A stretch of 46,413 bases of DNA from Catajapyx aquilonaris (lineage: Eukaryota): NCBI GenBank assembly GCA_000934665.2, contig KZ538000.1:124001-170413 (forward strand), in the 5' to 3' direction. Under the pieces are notes generated by a model, which was given only the letters and a program-made list of their open reading frames with translations, ran no database searches and was not told the origin of the DNA. The translations under genes and the position numbers were made by a program. Shown here piece after piece: positions 26,001-39,700 of the stretch (its first letter is position 1; every line of letters begins with the position of its first letter).

Positions 26001-29000
26001 CTTGAGTGGACCAACCTTCAATATCAGCAGACAGTAACACAATGAGTTCGTAAAATATAACTGACAGTAATCGCATTCTTCCAAAACTGATTTGAAGCTG
26101 AACATGTGCTCGGTTTTCTAAACCGAAAGAGGAACTCATCAATCTTTTCCACTTACGTAGAATAAGTTTCAGCAAGGGGAATCTCACTTCAGTGACACCA
26201 AGAAAGCCCTGATGTTAAAAATCCTATTTTTTTAAATTCTCAGAGCAATCAAGATGGGCGACAAGGAGGTAGAATACGATCAGAAATTCCGTCTTATCCT
26301 ACACACCAAAATGGCCAACCCGCACTACAAGCCTGAAATGCAGGCACAGACCACACTGATCAATTTCACGGTGACCAGAGACGGGCTAGAGGACCAGCTA
26401 CTTGCAGAGGTAGTGAAAGCTGAGCGTCCCGACCTGGAACAAACGAAGGCTCATCTGACCAAGCAGCAGAACGATTTCAAAATCCTGCTAAAGAGCTTGG
26501 AGGACGACCTATTGTCCCGGTTGTCGTCTGCCGGCGGAAACATACTGAGCGACACAGCACTGGTCGAAAATCTGGAGCACACCAAACAAACGGCGGCCGA
26601 CATACAGATAAAGGTGAAGGAAGCCAAGGAGACGTCAGCCATGATTGACGACGCCCGTGAACTGTACAGACAAGCGGCCGCCAGGGCCTCTCTCTTGTAT
26701 TTCATCCTCAATGACCTGCACAAGATCAATCCGATTTACCAGTTCTCCCTCAAGGTAAGGTGTCAGGTCAAGATAGCTCTTTATTTTCGATGTACAGTAG
26801 AATAAATTTATTATAAAGCTGCTTTTTGGATTGGGTAGCGAAGAGTGTCTGTGGGGAAATATAAGAATTGCAGTGATTGTTCGGTTTGTCGCTGGCTTGG
26901 AGACATAGTTCTTGCAAAGACGTGACTGTTATAGCACAAATGATTGGCACAGAGAATGGGGCATTTTAGGAGTAATCTGGTATACCGTCAAAGGGGGTGA
27001 GATTGTGCCAGTTGGGGTGAGATCGTGTCAGCGCATTTTTTGGGGGGACAACAACGCATCCTACTGGCAGAATGAGTAAACTAGCGAATTTAGGCATATT
27101 CCCAAGCATATTCCATTACATTTTTGAACGTTCAACGTTGACAATCACGAAGGAAATACGCGACCCGTAAGATAATATTTTTTGTCGAAGTTTAAATGAT
27201 TTTCGTCAAGTTTTGCATTTGGTGGTATGGTAGTGGTTGTCGTGAGTGGACGGTTGCTTCTCGTTCCCAAGTAAGTTACTACTTCGATAACTGTTGTTGA
27301 AGGTTATAAATACGACTGGACATTTTAAAATCGGTACTTTTTCTTGAGCTATGACGCAATGAGTAAAAAATGGGCCATTGACCGGGTGAGATTGTGCCCC
27401 TGTTTTTCCCCAATTATTTCACTGATTTTCATAACTGACAGTCATGAGAAAGGTTTACGTGAAGAAGATCGGTCGGAAACTTCGGCAGTAACCATGGCTA
27501 ACATTTCTGCGGTGATTAAAAGGTGGAAATTGGAATTGAAATAACGGGGGGAGAAAACAGCGACACAATCTCACCTGGTCAACTGCACTTTTTTACTAAT
27601 AACGCCATATTTCAGAAAATGGTTTTTTCGCATAATTATATTGAATATGCTCATTTTTACAGACAGAAAACCCATGACATGTTTCCTATTCATTTCAAGC
27701 ATTTAAATAGGCTGGAACATTCTCACCCAGCTCGACGGTGTGAAATTGTGCCGCGGAAAATAATTCATATCTCCCCTCCCTTAGCGTATAAAAATTTATT
27801 TTCACATATGGTCTGAAAGGTGAGATGTGCAGCAACGTTGTACATAAATTTCGTTCCAATACATGTAGGCTATATCAATTACTCTGGTTTGCTCTTATAA
27901 AAGTGGCACAATCTCACCCCGTTTGACGGTATGCTTTGTCGTTTAATCACGTGTAATTAGAAGCAGATCATTAGAATATTCAAGAAGCAACGTAATAATC
28001 AACAGTATACCCTAAGTGCAAATAACGCTTACAGTCACTAGTGCATCACAATCTTTATCGGCCTAGAACGTGGAGCTATCTAAAGGCCAGTTCTTGAAAT
28101 TTGTCCAACGACGACCCTTCCGATCGAATAAAAAAGGAGAAAATAGCCGCACCGACCCTGAATTTACCTCTCCAATTTTTGCGACTGGTTGGCAGGAAAG
28201 ACGTGAAGTAAAAATAGAGTGGATATAGCCAATCCGCGGATTCCTCCGGAACAATAGACCCTGTTAACCGATCAGAAATGCTAAAAAGGGTGTTTCCATT
28301 CCTCGTGAGTTTTTACATGCAAAGTATGCTCAAGTTTACCATTCTACATTTCAGGCATTCAGTGTGGTGTTTCATACTGCCATCCAAAGAGCCCAAAATG
28401 CTGAAGATGTGAAGACACGAGTACTGAGTCTTATCGACTGCATTACGTACTCCGTCTTTGTTTACACCACCAGAGGACTGTTTGAGTGCGACAAGCTAAT
28501 ATTCACCTCCCAGATGGTTTTCCAAGTTAGTACACGGTCGTAAGACACAGAGATTCGCAGCATTTCTTTCCCATTAATAATGCAAGTAAGCAACTGCGAA
28601 ACTCCCGCCACCAAAGTCGATTTCCCCGCAAAGACCTCCGTGATTTTCCGCGAGTTCCGAAAGTTGCCGGCATCAAGGACTAAGTTGGGGAGACTGTCCC
28701 CCAAAGTTCCAAAGTCATCCACATAGCCAGAGGGAAGACTGCAAAAAAACAAAAAAACGGAAGGCCAAATGATGATAGTAATAGAAGTGGGCGATAATTC
28801 ATGGACACTATCCTCCCTGGCTTGGTCCTTATTAAAAGGAGAGCTGGTTAGTCACTTTCCAAGGACAGTTAAGTGAGTGTTAAGTCTTGTACGGAGCAAG
28901 AACCGTTTGTTGACTACTAGCTTGGATGAGTAGGAGGTTCAAGAGATGGACCAATTAGCATTTGTGCACATCATTTTCAATTTATGCGTGATTGAAAGGG

Positions 29001-32000
29001 GGTTCTCATATAGAAATAGAGTTACGTAAAAGGATTTGTAGAGGATTATTTAGAAGCTGAAATGGATGCTCCTTAGAACTGTGTGACCTTTGGACGGTTG
29101 GTTGGTTCATACGGATCAGACGGCTTCAAAGAGCCTTTCATCACCACGCCACGTGTGTAACTTTTGGTATTAAATGAGACATTTAAATTGCTTGGCATCA
29201 TACCTTGAGTTCTGCTACGTGGCGTGGGCGCTAATATGATTTGGGTGTCAAAAATCATTAATATATCCTACTGATGAAACCAGCATTTGTTCCGTATATC
29301 ACAGGATTATTTGACACACAGATTATTTTTGACAAAGTGACACTGTGCACAAAGGTCGAACAGTAGACTATGTTCTTCATTTTTCCCAACAGAATATTAT
29401 TTTATGGCCTGAAAAGGACATGGGTTAACTCCTTATGTAAAGGTTGCGCCGTTGGATTTTGCTCAAATTTGGTCAGTTGATAAAGCTCGACCCCAGGATC
29501 AATCTCTCTGAAGGACGAAGAAAATCTACCGTGCCGTTTGGCCGCTAGAGTCCCTCAAAGTCGGACTTTCACGAACTTTCAGGTGGCTCCAAAGATATCT
29601 GGGTGGCTCCTATCGGGCTAATTTTCATGTATGTTGTAGAGTTTCATGAGCTGAGTCGAATGAGCCATGTGGCGATTTTCTATGACAAACCATTTGGCAG
29701 TTATTGTTATGTTGCACTTACAATCCCAGTACCGTACAGTAGATACAGTAGATACGGGCCTAGATACGGCAGGTGCAAGATCCGTTGTTGAACTCGGTTA
29801 CGCATGTAGCCGCCAAATGGTTTGTCTCAGAAAATGGCCACATGGCTCATTCGACTCTACAACATACATGAAAATTAGCCCCATAGGAGCCACCCAGATA
29901 TCTTTGGAGCCACCTGAAAGTTCGTGAAAGTCCGACCTTGAGGGCCTCTAGCGGCCAAACGGCACGGTAGATTTTCGTCATCCTTCAGAGAAATTGACAC
30001 TGGGGTCGAGCTTTATCAACGGACCAAATTTGAGCAAAATCCAACGGCGCAACTTTTGCATAAGGAGTTAACCCATGTCCTTTCCCTAAAGGTCCGAAAT
30101 TCACACAACAAGTCATGAACAGTATTGTCTGCAGACATACAGTCAAAGTTTTTTAAATATTTGGACTCAGAAATTATAGCTCCATAAAAGTCTTTAAAGT
30201 AAGTACGACGTCGGAAATGACTTCAAAGTTTAAATATTGTAATGTACGTACGTTATTGCCGTCTGATCCTGCAACTTATCGACATCACACTTTATTCTCC
30301 CATATTGTCCAGTAGCGTTTAAGCATTTTCCCTCCAAAATAACTGCCTTATGAATGCATATATAGTCTAGACTCTATACTAGAGGATGTTTCATATAAAT
30401 ATTTGGACTGACTTCGGCAGTAAACCTCTGGCCCCCAGTGTATAATTTTAGTTAAGATATCACTTGGTTTCTGAGCGTCCTCGTCGACATAATTACCATT
30501 ATACCATCTTCTATGTAGCAGATACAGTCTAAGACACTTCCAGTGCCTCGACCACCGAATGACACCTAATGAGATCGTAACGTAAATTGCACGGTAGCAC
30601 CTAAAATTTAAGTGAAAAAGGCACTGTCGTCTGGAGGGACACACATTTGCCAGGATATTTTATGCCTTGTGGTTATAGGTCATTCTTTTGAGAAATGAGG
30701 GGTGAATCAAAGGCGGTTAAGTCCATTTTGAAGGGTGTAACACAAATACATCCGGCTATAATGTATTTTAATGTCATTCGGTATTAATTGCACATTTGCG
30801 TATGTATAGCTGAGCCGTGGCACCATATGGACGCAAAAAGTTTCAAGATTGTACCAGTGAAAGTTAAGTCATCAGCGGTTTTTACTCATTTTACGACCAG
30901 TTTTTTGGACTTAGCCGCCTTTGATCTGAGACCCCTCAAAATAATGACACCTATACGCATAAAGTGATCCTGTGATCCTCAGAAGTTTGTCATTATGTAA
31001 CAACCTCTATATTCTATACTCGTCTACTGAATTCAAGAGCAAAAGCAAAAAACCAATCTTTCAGTCAATCAAACTAGGAAAATTCAATTTTCTTCTTAGA
31101 AAATCGCAAAGGAACCAATGGCTGAGAGGAAGTGAGCACCTTTTCCCCCCCACCCTGTATGTGTATACTCAAACCAACTAGGAGAAAAAAGCAGCAGTAT
31201 TATCGACTACTCTGCTCTCAATTCTGATTGGTGAATTGTGGTCGACTCTTGACCTTCCCTCCTTCACTCGGCGAATTCCTTTTCGGCTCAATGAATTGTT
31301 TTTGTCTTCTTCAAAGTCATCAAATAAATAGCAGGAGGTTCTACCGAAAAACAAATTAAATGGAACAAACTGATCATTGCTTCCACTTCTTTTTCTCTAC
31401 CTCTTCTGATAGTCAAAGAGCTTGTCTATGTGAATGCCAGATGAATTACGGTATACTGTATTTTAAAATACAAAAATCAAAGGGCAGGGGTTTACGTATC
31501 TGCACCTGAAGCGAACATACATTGAATAAAATATCATCCCGTTAGTATTCTTGACATTTACGAAGCGGTATCTATCGGCCGACTTCCTTGAGCTCACATT
31601 GGCATTGTGGAAGCGTAAACTATGGTGCACTGAGTAAAGCACTGTCTCGCTTTGACTCGAAATTACCATATCCAATCCATTTCTCATAAGCGCATTCAAG
31701 TTTAATGACTAATGCATGCACATCACTTTCTCATTCCTCCATCACGCCACGAATTCTCAGACCGAGCCATCTGATCCATGTGGCAAAATCTGTTACATGA
31801 CAAACGACTTTACTGTAATCGGCCAGAGCAGACTCTAAGCATATTAATTATGAAAGCTTCGGCCCATTGTTCCTCGCTTTCCTAATCGAAAATATTCAGC
31901 ACTTGATTTACAGTGCTGATCATTTTTTGGGACAATGTGTGTCGGTTATGGGGATTGAAATTTACCATAACTCTTCTAGGTTTTGGCCATGAAGGGGGAA

Positions 32001-33699
32001 CTGCCATCTGTGGAAGTAGACTTTCTGTTGCGCTATCCTGTCACGCAGAACATAACCAGCCCTGTTGACTTCCTCAGCAACGCCAGCTGGGGCGGCATCA
32101 AAAGCCTATCAATTATTGAAGATTTCAGGTAAGCAGCTAATACCAGGCCTCTCGGGTGCAAGATTAAAGTGGGTTACAACGATTCAATAATTTTGCTCCT
32201 ATCATGGTACTTCACGGGTATAGCTCCTATACAAATTTGGCAAAACAATTTTTACATGCTTTATTACACAGTTTGTATGAAATGTATTTTTGTAAACAGC
32301 ATTTGGTGACATGAATGACATATTAACTACATAGTAACTGTTGGTTCAAAGGTCGTAGAACCCTGGGCACATGTTTTTATATCCGTCTGCTATTTTCATT
32401 TTGTCCCAAAACAATCTCTCGTCATTGTTTCGCCATCTGGGACTGCGATGCCTATTTCATAACCCGCAGCTGAGGAACTGAAAAAAGTCACCCGCGTATG
32501 AAACAGGAATTCATGACATCCAACTGTCCCACAGTTTTGCCCTTATATTTAATTCTGCAAAGCCCAAACCGCACATCAGCTAAAATATCTCACCCCAGGG
32601 TTTTAAAAAAACCCGGCAACCTTGCGATGCGCACGCAGCTCTTCTCATCAATCAGTCCTTTCCCTGCCACATGTACGTCACTTATAATTGGGCCCAGCAA
32701 ATCGCTCGCACGGTTGCCACTTTAAAGTGACACCCGACATTTGCAACCAGGTTAAAAGCGGAAATGCATGTAATGCACGTCCCATGTTCCACAGAAATGC
32801 CACGCTATGAAGCATCATGCATCCACTAAAAGTCGGCCCTTGTTTTCCCCCCCGAAAAATTATTTCGGCTTACAGTTGTTCGTCATTCACATGAAAATGA
32901 GGCTCCATAGTTCTCTCGTACATGCCCTTCCAATTGAGCGAGCAGAGACAATGTTTTGGACCCCGTTGCTGGGGGTGGGGTATTGGGAGAGCGGTTAGTT
33001 GGCCAAAACTATCCCTATCCTGTCGCCTCTTCGTCAGGTAGTTAAGTCAATTACGGCAGGCGTGCCATGAGCAGATGGCTGGCTCTAATTAGGTTGTTCC
33101 CCATGATGCGAGGTTTCGTACCACCGCTTGTCACGGCCAATAATTTTTACACATTTGACATTGTTGCCTGGAGAGTTGTGTGGAATCGCTCTGCCGACAC
33201 TAACCTAAGTTTGGCAGACACTTTCTGGTTCCTGTTACCCCAAAATAATAACACGCCATTGTGCGGTACGTCATTATTATTAAGGAGCATTCAGCGTATG
33301 TGGGCACCATTATTGCCCATTAGCGAACTTGTGACGCGTTAAGAATTTGCATTTTCTGCTGCCGGCAATGACGAGGAAGAGCTACACGTAAATCTGTTTC
33401 ATGGGTGGCGAAGGAAGAAAATTAGGCTTTTACTGCGCATACATTTGCATACTTGGGATGCTGTCGCCGACCACAAATTAGACTTCAGAGTGTAAAAATA
33501 ACCAATCATTTAGGAACTAATTAAACAAATCTGTGAGCAGAAACAACTGCTCTTACTTTTTCACTCTGCAATGCGGATTTTTAAGCTAGATGCTTCTAAG
33601 GGTCATCCTGGGAGTACCGCAATCTTTCAGTCACTCGCGTTCACCACACCATATAATTGGCAGGTGCATACATCGTAGTAGTAGAAGCCTGTGGTGGTG

Positions 33700-33769
<70 letters not shown>

Positions 33770-36700
33770 AAGTAGTATAAATGATGATATATAATAATAT
33801 AATCATCATCATAGTATACAAAGTCGAAGGTTTTACACAGGTTTTACCCATAATTTGTGTTGACACAACCGGCCGCGGCCCTTAGTGTGCCAAACTTCAC
33901 GGGCTGCTGAGGTCCTTAAAAATTAAGTCCAACCTGAATTGGAAAGGGTCAGGAAAGCGTGAAAAGGAATTTGTCCGGGGCAGTCATGGCCCAAATCGGG
34001 GAGGTAGGGGCCAGCAAGCCGAATAAAATCTGTAGAGAATCACTTATCATTCCTTTCAGGAACCTGGATCGAGACATTGAGAGTTCGACAAAACGGTGGA
34101 AGAAATTGGTCGAATCGGAGAGCCCGGAGAAAGAAAAGTTTCCGCAAGAGTGGAAGAACAAAACTTCGCTGCAAAAGTTGTGCATTATGCGCGCCCTTCG
34201 ACCCGACCGGATGACCTACGCCATTATGTGAGTGACGTCACAGATCTGGGTTTGAAGGTGGGTGGATAGGTATTGGGTGGGAGACTCCTTGCCGGATAGG
34301 AATGAAATCTGGCCAAATAGAGTCCTTCAGCGGGAATCATCGGAAGGGAAGGCGGTGCATGCAGAGTGAAGGTGCCGACTCATGATTGCAGTCCTATTAC
34401 GGAGGTGACGTGCGGCGGATTAATTAGCCGGAACCTAATTTACATTTCACTTGCTTCGCAAGATTTCGGATATCCTGTTGGCACTGCTGCAGTCTTTCTT
34501 TCTAAGTCGGTCTTTGCTAATGGCTTTTACAAGGACTGCTTGCCAGATTGGCTAAATATTTGGGGAGTTGAGATTTACACGTCGTACAGGATGTCTGGAG
34601 AGTTGGGAGATCGGGTGGTATGGTATATGCCAAAGTCTTGCAAAACTGTAATATGAGAAAATCTTGCTGGCTTACTGCTCATTGTGAATCTTACGACTAA
34701 ATGAACTAAACCATGCAATAGAACAAAAAATGCTATTTAGTAGTACAAATAGTTCTAACTCGTTTGTATATGCTCACGATATATTATTTTACGATAATTT
34801 TGTGTCCGACCTTATTTGATTACCTCGAGTCTACTTATCTCTGGTTACCCATTTCAAAAGATATGCTGTAAATAATTACGTCCCTACTGTTACACAAGGA
34901 CAGAATTCCGTCGCAGTCTAGCGCATATCCAATTCCTACCCAAATCTGCAAACAGTAGGTTTTTTTTTCAACTGCTCGCGTCCTGACATCCAGATGTATG
35001 GCTGTGTAAATCAAAATGTCTGGACCCAGACACCATCGCATTGCCGGCTGGGTTTAAAGCGAAGCAACTCACTTAACAAACGCCTATCTCTGTTTCCTTA
35101 GGTACACAGGAAACATGCCAATATCATAAGCTATGGTAAATTGTAGCTCCGTGACTTCATCGTTGAAGCCCGCATGACATGTATATCCCCCACGCCTGCA
35201 GCATTCATATTAACGTTTGCCATTTCGCAGGCACTTCGTCGAGGAGAAATTGGGCGCTAAATACAATGAAGTGAGAAGCGTCGAATTTGCTCAGTCGTTC
35301 CAAGAAGCAGGTCCCGCTACTCCTATCTTCTTTATCTTGTCTCCTGGAGTCAATCCTCTCAAGGTAAAGCATGCCTTATTTGCTCGCCCGAGTTCAATTT
35401 GCAGCGCCGTCGGAATTTCAACTTTTCGATATTCAGACTCCCCCCTGAAAAGGCTCACTAACCCAACGAGTGATTACTCTGAATAATGGACAATGATGAT
35501 TCAAATTCACTGCCATGTTCCCCCAACAAATCGATTCATCGTTATACGTCGAGCCAATCAGTTCGATCCAATTCGGGAGCATAAACAATCGCATACTTTG
35601 TAATAATTTGTGCGAATGGATCGGGGTTTTTTAAATGCAAGGAAAACCACCGCACATTACGTTCATAATCGAGTTTAAAGCCGATCATCCGAGGAAAATT
35701 CAAACATCAAACTTCCCCCTGTAGGACGTGGAGCAGCTGGGTCGAAAATTGGGATACGCCACCGCTGATGGGAACTTCCACAACGTCTCCTTGGGGCAAG
35801 GACAGGAAATAGTGGCGGAACAAGCTTTGGACAAATCCGCCAAAGCAGGCCACTGGGTCATCTTACAGGTCAGTTTGGACCATTCTAATAATAAGAACCC
35901 AACTTCCAACATTTTTCCCCCTCAGAATATTCACTTGGTAAAAAAATGGCTTCCCCAACTGGAGAAAAAGTTGGAACAACACAGTGAAGACCCTCATGAG
36001 AATTTTCGCGTGTTTCTAAGCGCCGAACCTGCTAGCACACCAGCAGGCCACATAATCCCACAGGTATGTTGCTATTCTGCGAAAAGAGACCATCGCGCGC
36101 GCATCTATTGGGCCTGGTGTAGTACGTGCTGGGATGAGATAGGCGGATTAGAAGGCTGAAGTATAGAGGCAGGAGGATGCTCCCTGATCAGATAAAATGG
36201 TTTCCATTCCCTGGCATTATACTAGATGCATCAGGATTATACGAGTCATCTACATATGACGCCAGCACATGCGGATCATTCATTCCGCGCCTGCCTAAAT
36301 GACGTCATCAATAAAATTCCCGCCATCCTGGAGCTATACATTCTTCTAACCTGTATAGTGCCAGGTAGAGAGTACACTGTATTTACACATTCTGAGCAGT
36401 TCAAATTGATATTATGCATACCATTTTGCATAATTGCATAGTTTATGCTGTCACTAAAGGCAAGGCGGCCGTCTCTTGTCACTAGCTTATCTTAGAACCC
36501 CTTCCTGTGTGGTAATTTATGTAAGGCTCTGTATAGGAATAAGGACGCTGTCTTGGATTATACTGTTGCGCCCCTAGGCAAGTGTCCATGTCGCTTGGCA
36601 ATTCCCAATTCCCCCAGTCAAAGTGTCCTACTGAGAAATGCCGTCACCCTCCTAATTACGTATCTCTAGGGCCAGTCTGGGCAGTGTTCTACCTACTCCT

Positions 36701-39700
36701 ATCCTACCCCCCAAGTTTGTCACTATTTGTACATCTCCTGAATGGGCCTAATAGGATGAAGGGAGGTTCCTACCCATTCCTGCAGCCTCTCAATAAGTCG
36801 ATTCTCGCCTTCAGGATAAGGCTGGCAAACTTGGGCTGGTAATCACTTCCTTGTACCGAGCGGAAAGCCGAGATAATGAGTCCTTAATGCAATATTGCCC
36901 ACCAATGCGCATCTTGCCACCAATTCAGCCTCCTCGCAAATTGCCCCGGATTGAAGCAGATGGTGTGGGGGAGGGGGGGGTGCCAAACAGGCGAGATTTC
37001 TTTCCCCGCTTCCTGTTTTGCTTCAGGGTATCCTGGAATCGTCCATCAAGATTACCAACGAGCCTCCCCGAGGGATGTTCGCCAACCTGCACAAGGCCTT
37101 GGACAACTTCAATCAGGAGACTCTGGAGATGTGCTCCAAGGAGGCAGAGTTCAAAGCCATCCTCTTCGCTCTGTGCTACTTCCACGCTGTTGTCGCCCAG
37201 AGGCGGAAGTTTGGCCCGCAGGGCTGGAATAGGGTGTATCCTTTCAACGTTGGTAAGGCCATAGAAGGAGGGAGGGGAGGGAGAGGGACAGAGGAGTGTG
37301 TGACAGAGCTCTTTTGATGTGTTTGCACTTGAGACAAGCGAGTTCAAAGGGAGGCATGGCTACTCTACATTGCTGCCAGTGTGGTCTGCATGCCCTGCAC
37401 ATAGCGTAATGTAGTGAAGGCTGTGGCGTACTATGGTTGGAATTTTGAAGAGTGTTGTATGATAGCACGTGTGTGTGAGAATGCCTTGATAACTGACTCT
37501 CATGTCAGAAATAAAAGGGAAGAAAGTGCATTGCATTTTGACTGGACATCCAGCTTACTTTAGTAAAACCCCTAGTAAAACTGGTTTGATGGGAATATCA
37601 CATGCGAATGTAAGCTTAATTATGAAACACAATCTAGGTCAAATCATTATTGTAAAACAAGGCATTCCCCGATAATTTACACGCATGAATTACGATCACT
37701 GTGAGGGATTTTCAACAATCACGCACACAACAACCGCAACATTAACCATAGCGGTATTATAATAGCACATCACCGCAAATATCCCAACAGGGTTCTCTCT
37801 CTATACTGCCCAACATGACATGCAACCTGCTAGCAGTTATTACTATAGAACATGTTTCATAACCCTCATAACGCGATTCTCACAGGAGACCTAACCATCA
37901 GCGTCAACGTGCTCTACAACTACCTAGAAGCCAATGCAAAAGTCCCATGGGAAGACCTGCGCTACCTTTTTGGCGAAATCATGTACGGCGGACACATCAC
38001 CGACGATTGGGACCGACGCCTCTGTCGTACCTACCTGGAAGAGTACATGCGACCCGAATTGGTCAGTTTACATGGGTTATTTCCATTCCTCCAAATTTTT
38101 TCCTCTCCGCCTGCCCCATGCCTGCCTCTCTCTGGGCGCCGGAATAAGTTAATTGCGTATTCTGCAGAGAGCGCGGCGCTATTTCGCCTCGCCCGCTGCC
38201 AAATAATTGCGCTGGGGAACAGTCTCTAACAGCTGGCGTCGTCAGGAGCCTCCTCCAATACGAATACCGAACTCAGCTTGAATTTTCCGCTACATGCTCC
38301 TGGTTGGAGGGAATTTTTTTGGCGAGGTACTTTTCGCAATTTCTTCCATGACTGTTTTCTGCGAATAACATGAGGTGGTATGCTTATGGAACTTGTTGGG
38401 GGTATGTGTGAGGATTTGTATGGGCGTCCGGAGTTGCGAGATTACGCTTATTTATAGATAGTTTGCACACGCGTATTGTGCTCAACCTATTTTCACGCGG
38501 GTGGGGATTGAGTTCACTACTTACGCTGTAGCCTACAGGTCAGCCAAGGGGGAAGGAACTGTTTACAGCGTTGATTGTCAATATTCGGGTGTATGTTTCT
38601 GCCTCGAAGAAAGCGCTTGAAATTAAGACTGCCACAAGAAATTGACTGTACTAGATCAGACAAGGGGTTAACCACTTCGGTACTCCGGTGTACTATGGGG
38701 CTTAAATTGTTTTGGCCACTTTATCCTAGTCTTGAAGCAACCCTTCGCACAGGCCCCACGTTGAGCAGGTGTGTGGGTGGGTGTGCGTGTGTGTGAAGGG
38801 TTGCTTCAAGACCAGGATAAAGTGGCCAAAACGATTTGAGCCCCATAGTTACAACTGCAGTGGTACTCCCAGGCACTCCTTAGGTACCATACTCTTTGGT
38901 ACTCCTTGGTACTTCTTAGAATAATTTGGTACTCCAGTGTACACTTTTACAGTCGAGTGGTTAACCCCTTTATAATGATCAGAGCCATTTCCTCATGGTC
39001 AGACAATAGGTAGACTATACGACATAATTATATAGATTCCCTTATGGGGTAAACATGATATGATGTCATTCCGTCCACTTTAAAATTCGTGTCATAATAC
39101 TACTGACGTCCAAGTGAAGGTTGTGCACAGTGACATTGCATATGCGCCCATTCAAACTCACCACATCGTATTTGGCTGGGATGGCTCATTACTGTTTGCG
39201 GGCAGTCATGTTTAGCGTATGATGAGTCGAGAATATCCTGCCGGTTAGACAATTCGCAGGCTAGTGATCACTTAGCTTGGTCTAACTAGCAGGATGAGGA
39301 CGTTAAGTTTAGGGGTGTCATTAATATTAGTCATCAGTGCGCATTATCCTCATCAATGAAGATTATGATTTAATTCACTATTTGAATTTGTTACAATTTA
39401 TTGATTTGGACTTCTTCTTGTACATTAAAAAAAATGACGTAGAGGCTATCGTTTACTGTTACATATACCTTACCAGGAAAATGGTAGGTATTCCTGACAA
39501 TATTACAGCTCGGACAGGTGATTACGTCAAGGAGTAGCGTAACTTTGGGTTGACGTGACATTATGTGCATCAAAATGGATGGAGGTGAAACTTGCCTGAC
39601 ACTTATTGGGCAATGTGGTTCAGGAGCCACGTAACTAGAGTAAACTAACTTTTTCTTCCTTACCAGCTGGATGGAGAGATCAATTTGGCTCCAAACTTTC

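Noticed and set aside
38860..38942. CRISPR-like spaced GGTACTCC repeats
   Set aside because: Units are only about 8 bp, irregularly spaced, in a eukaryotic intron, with no cas genes.
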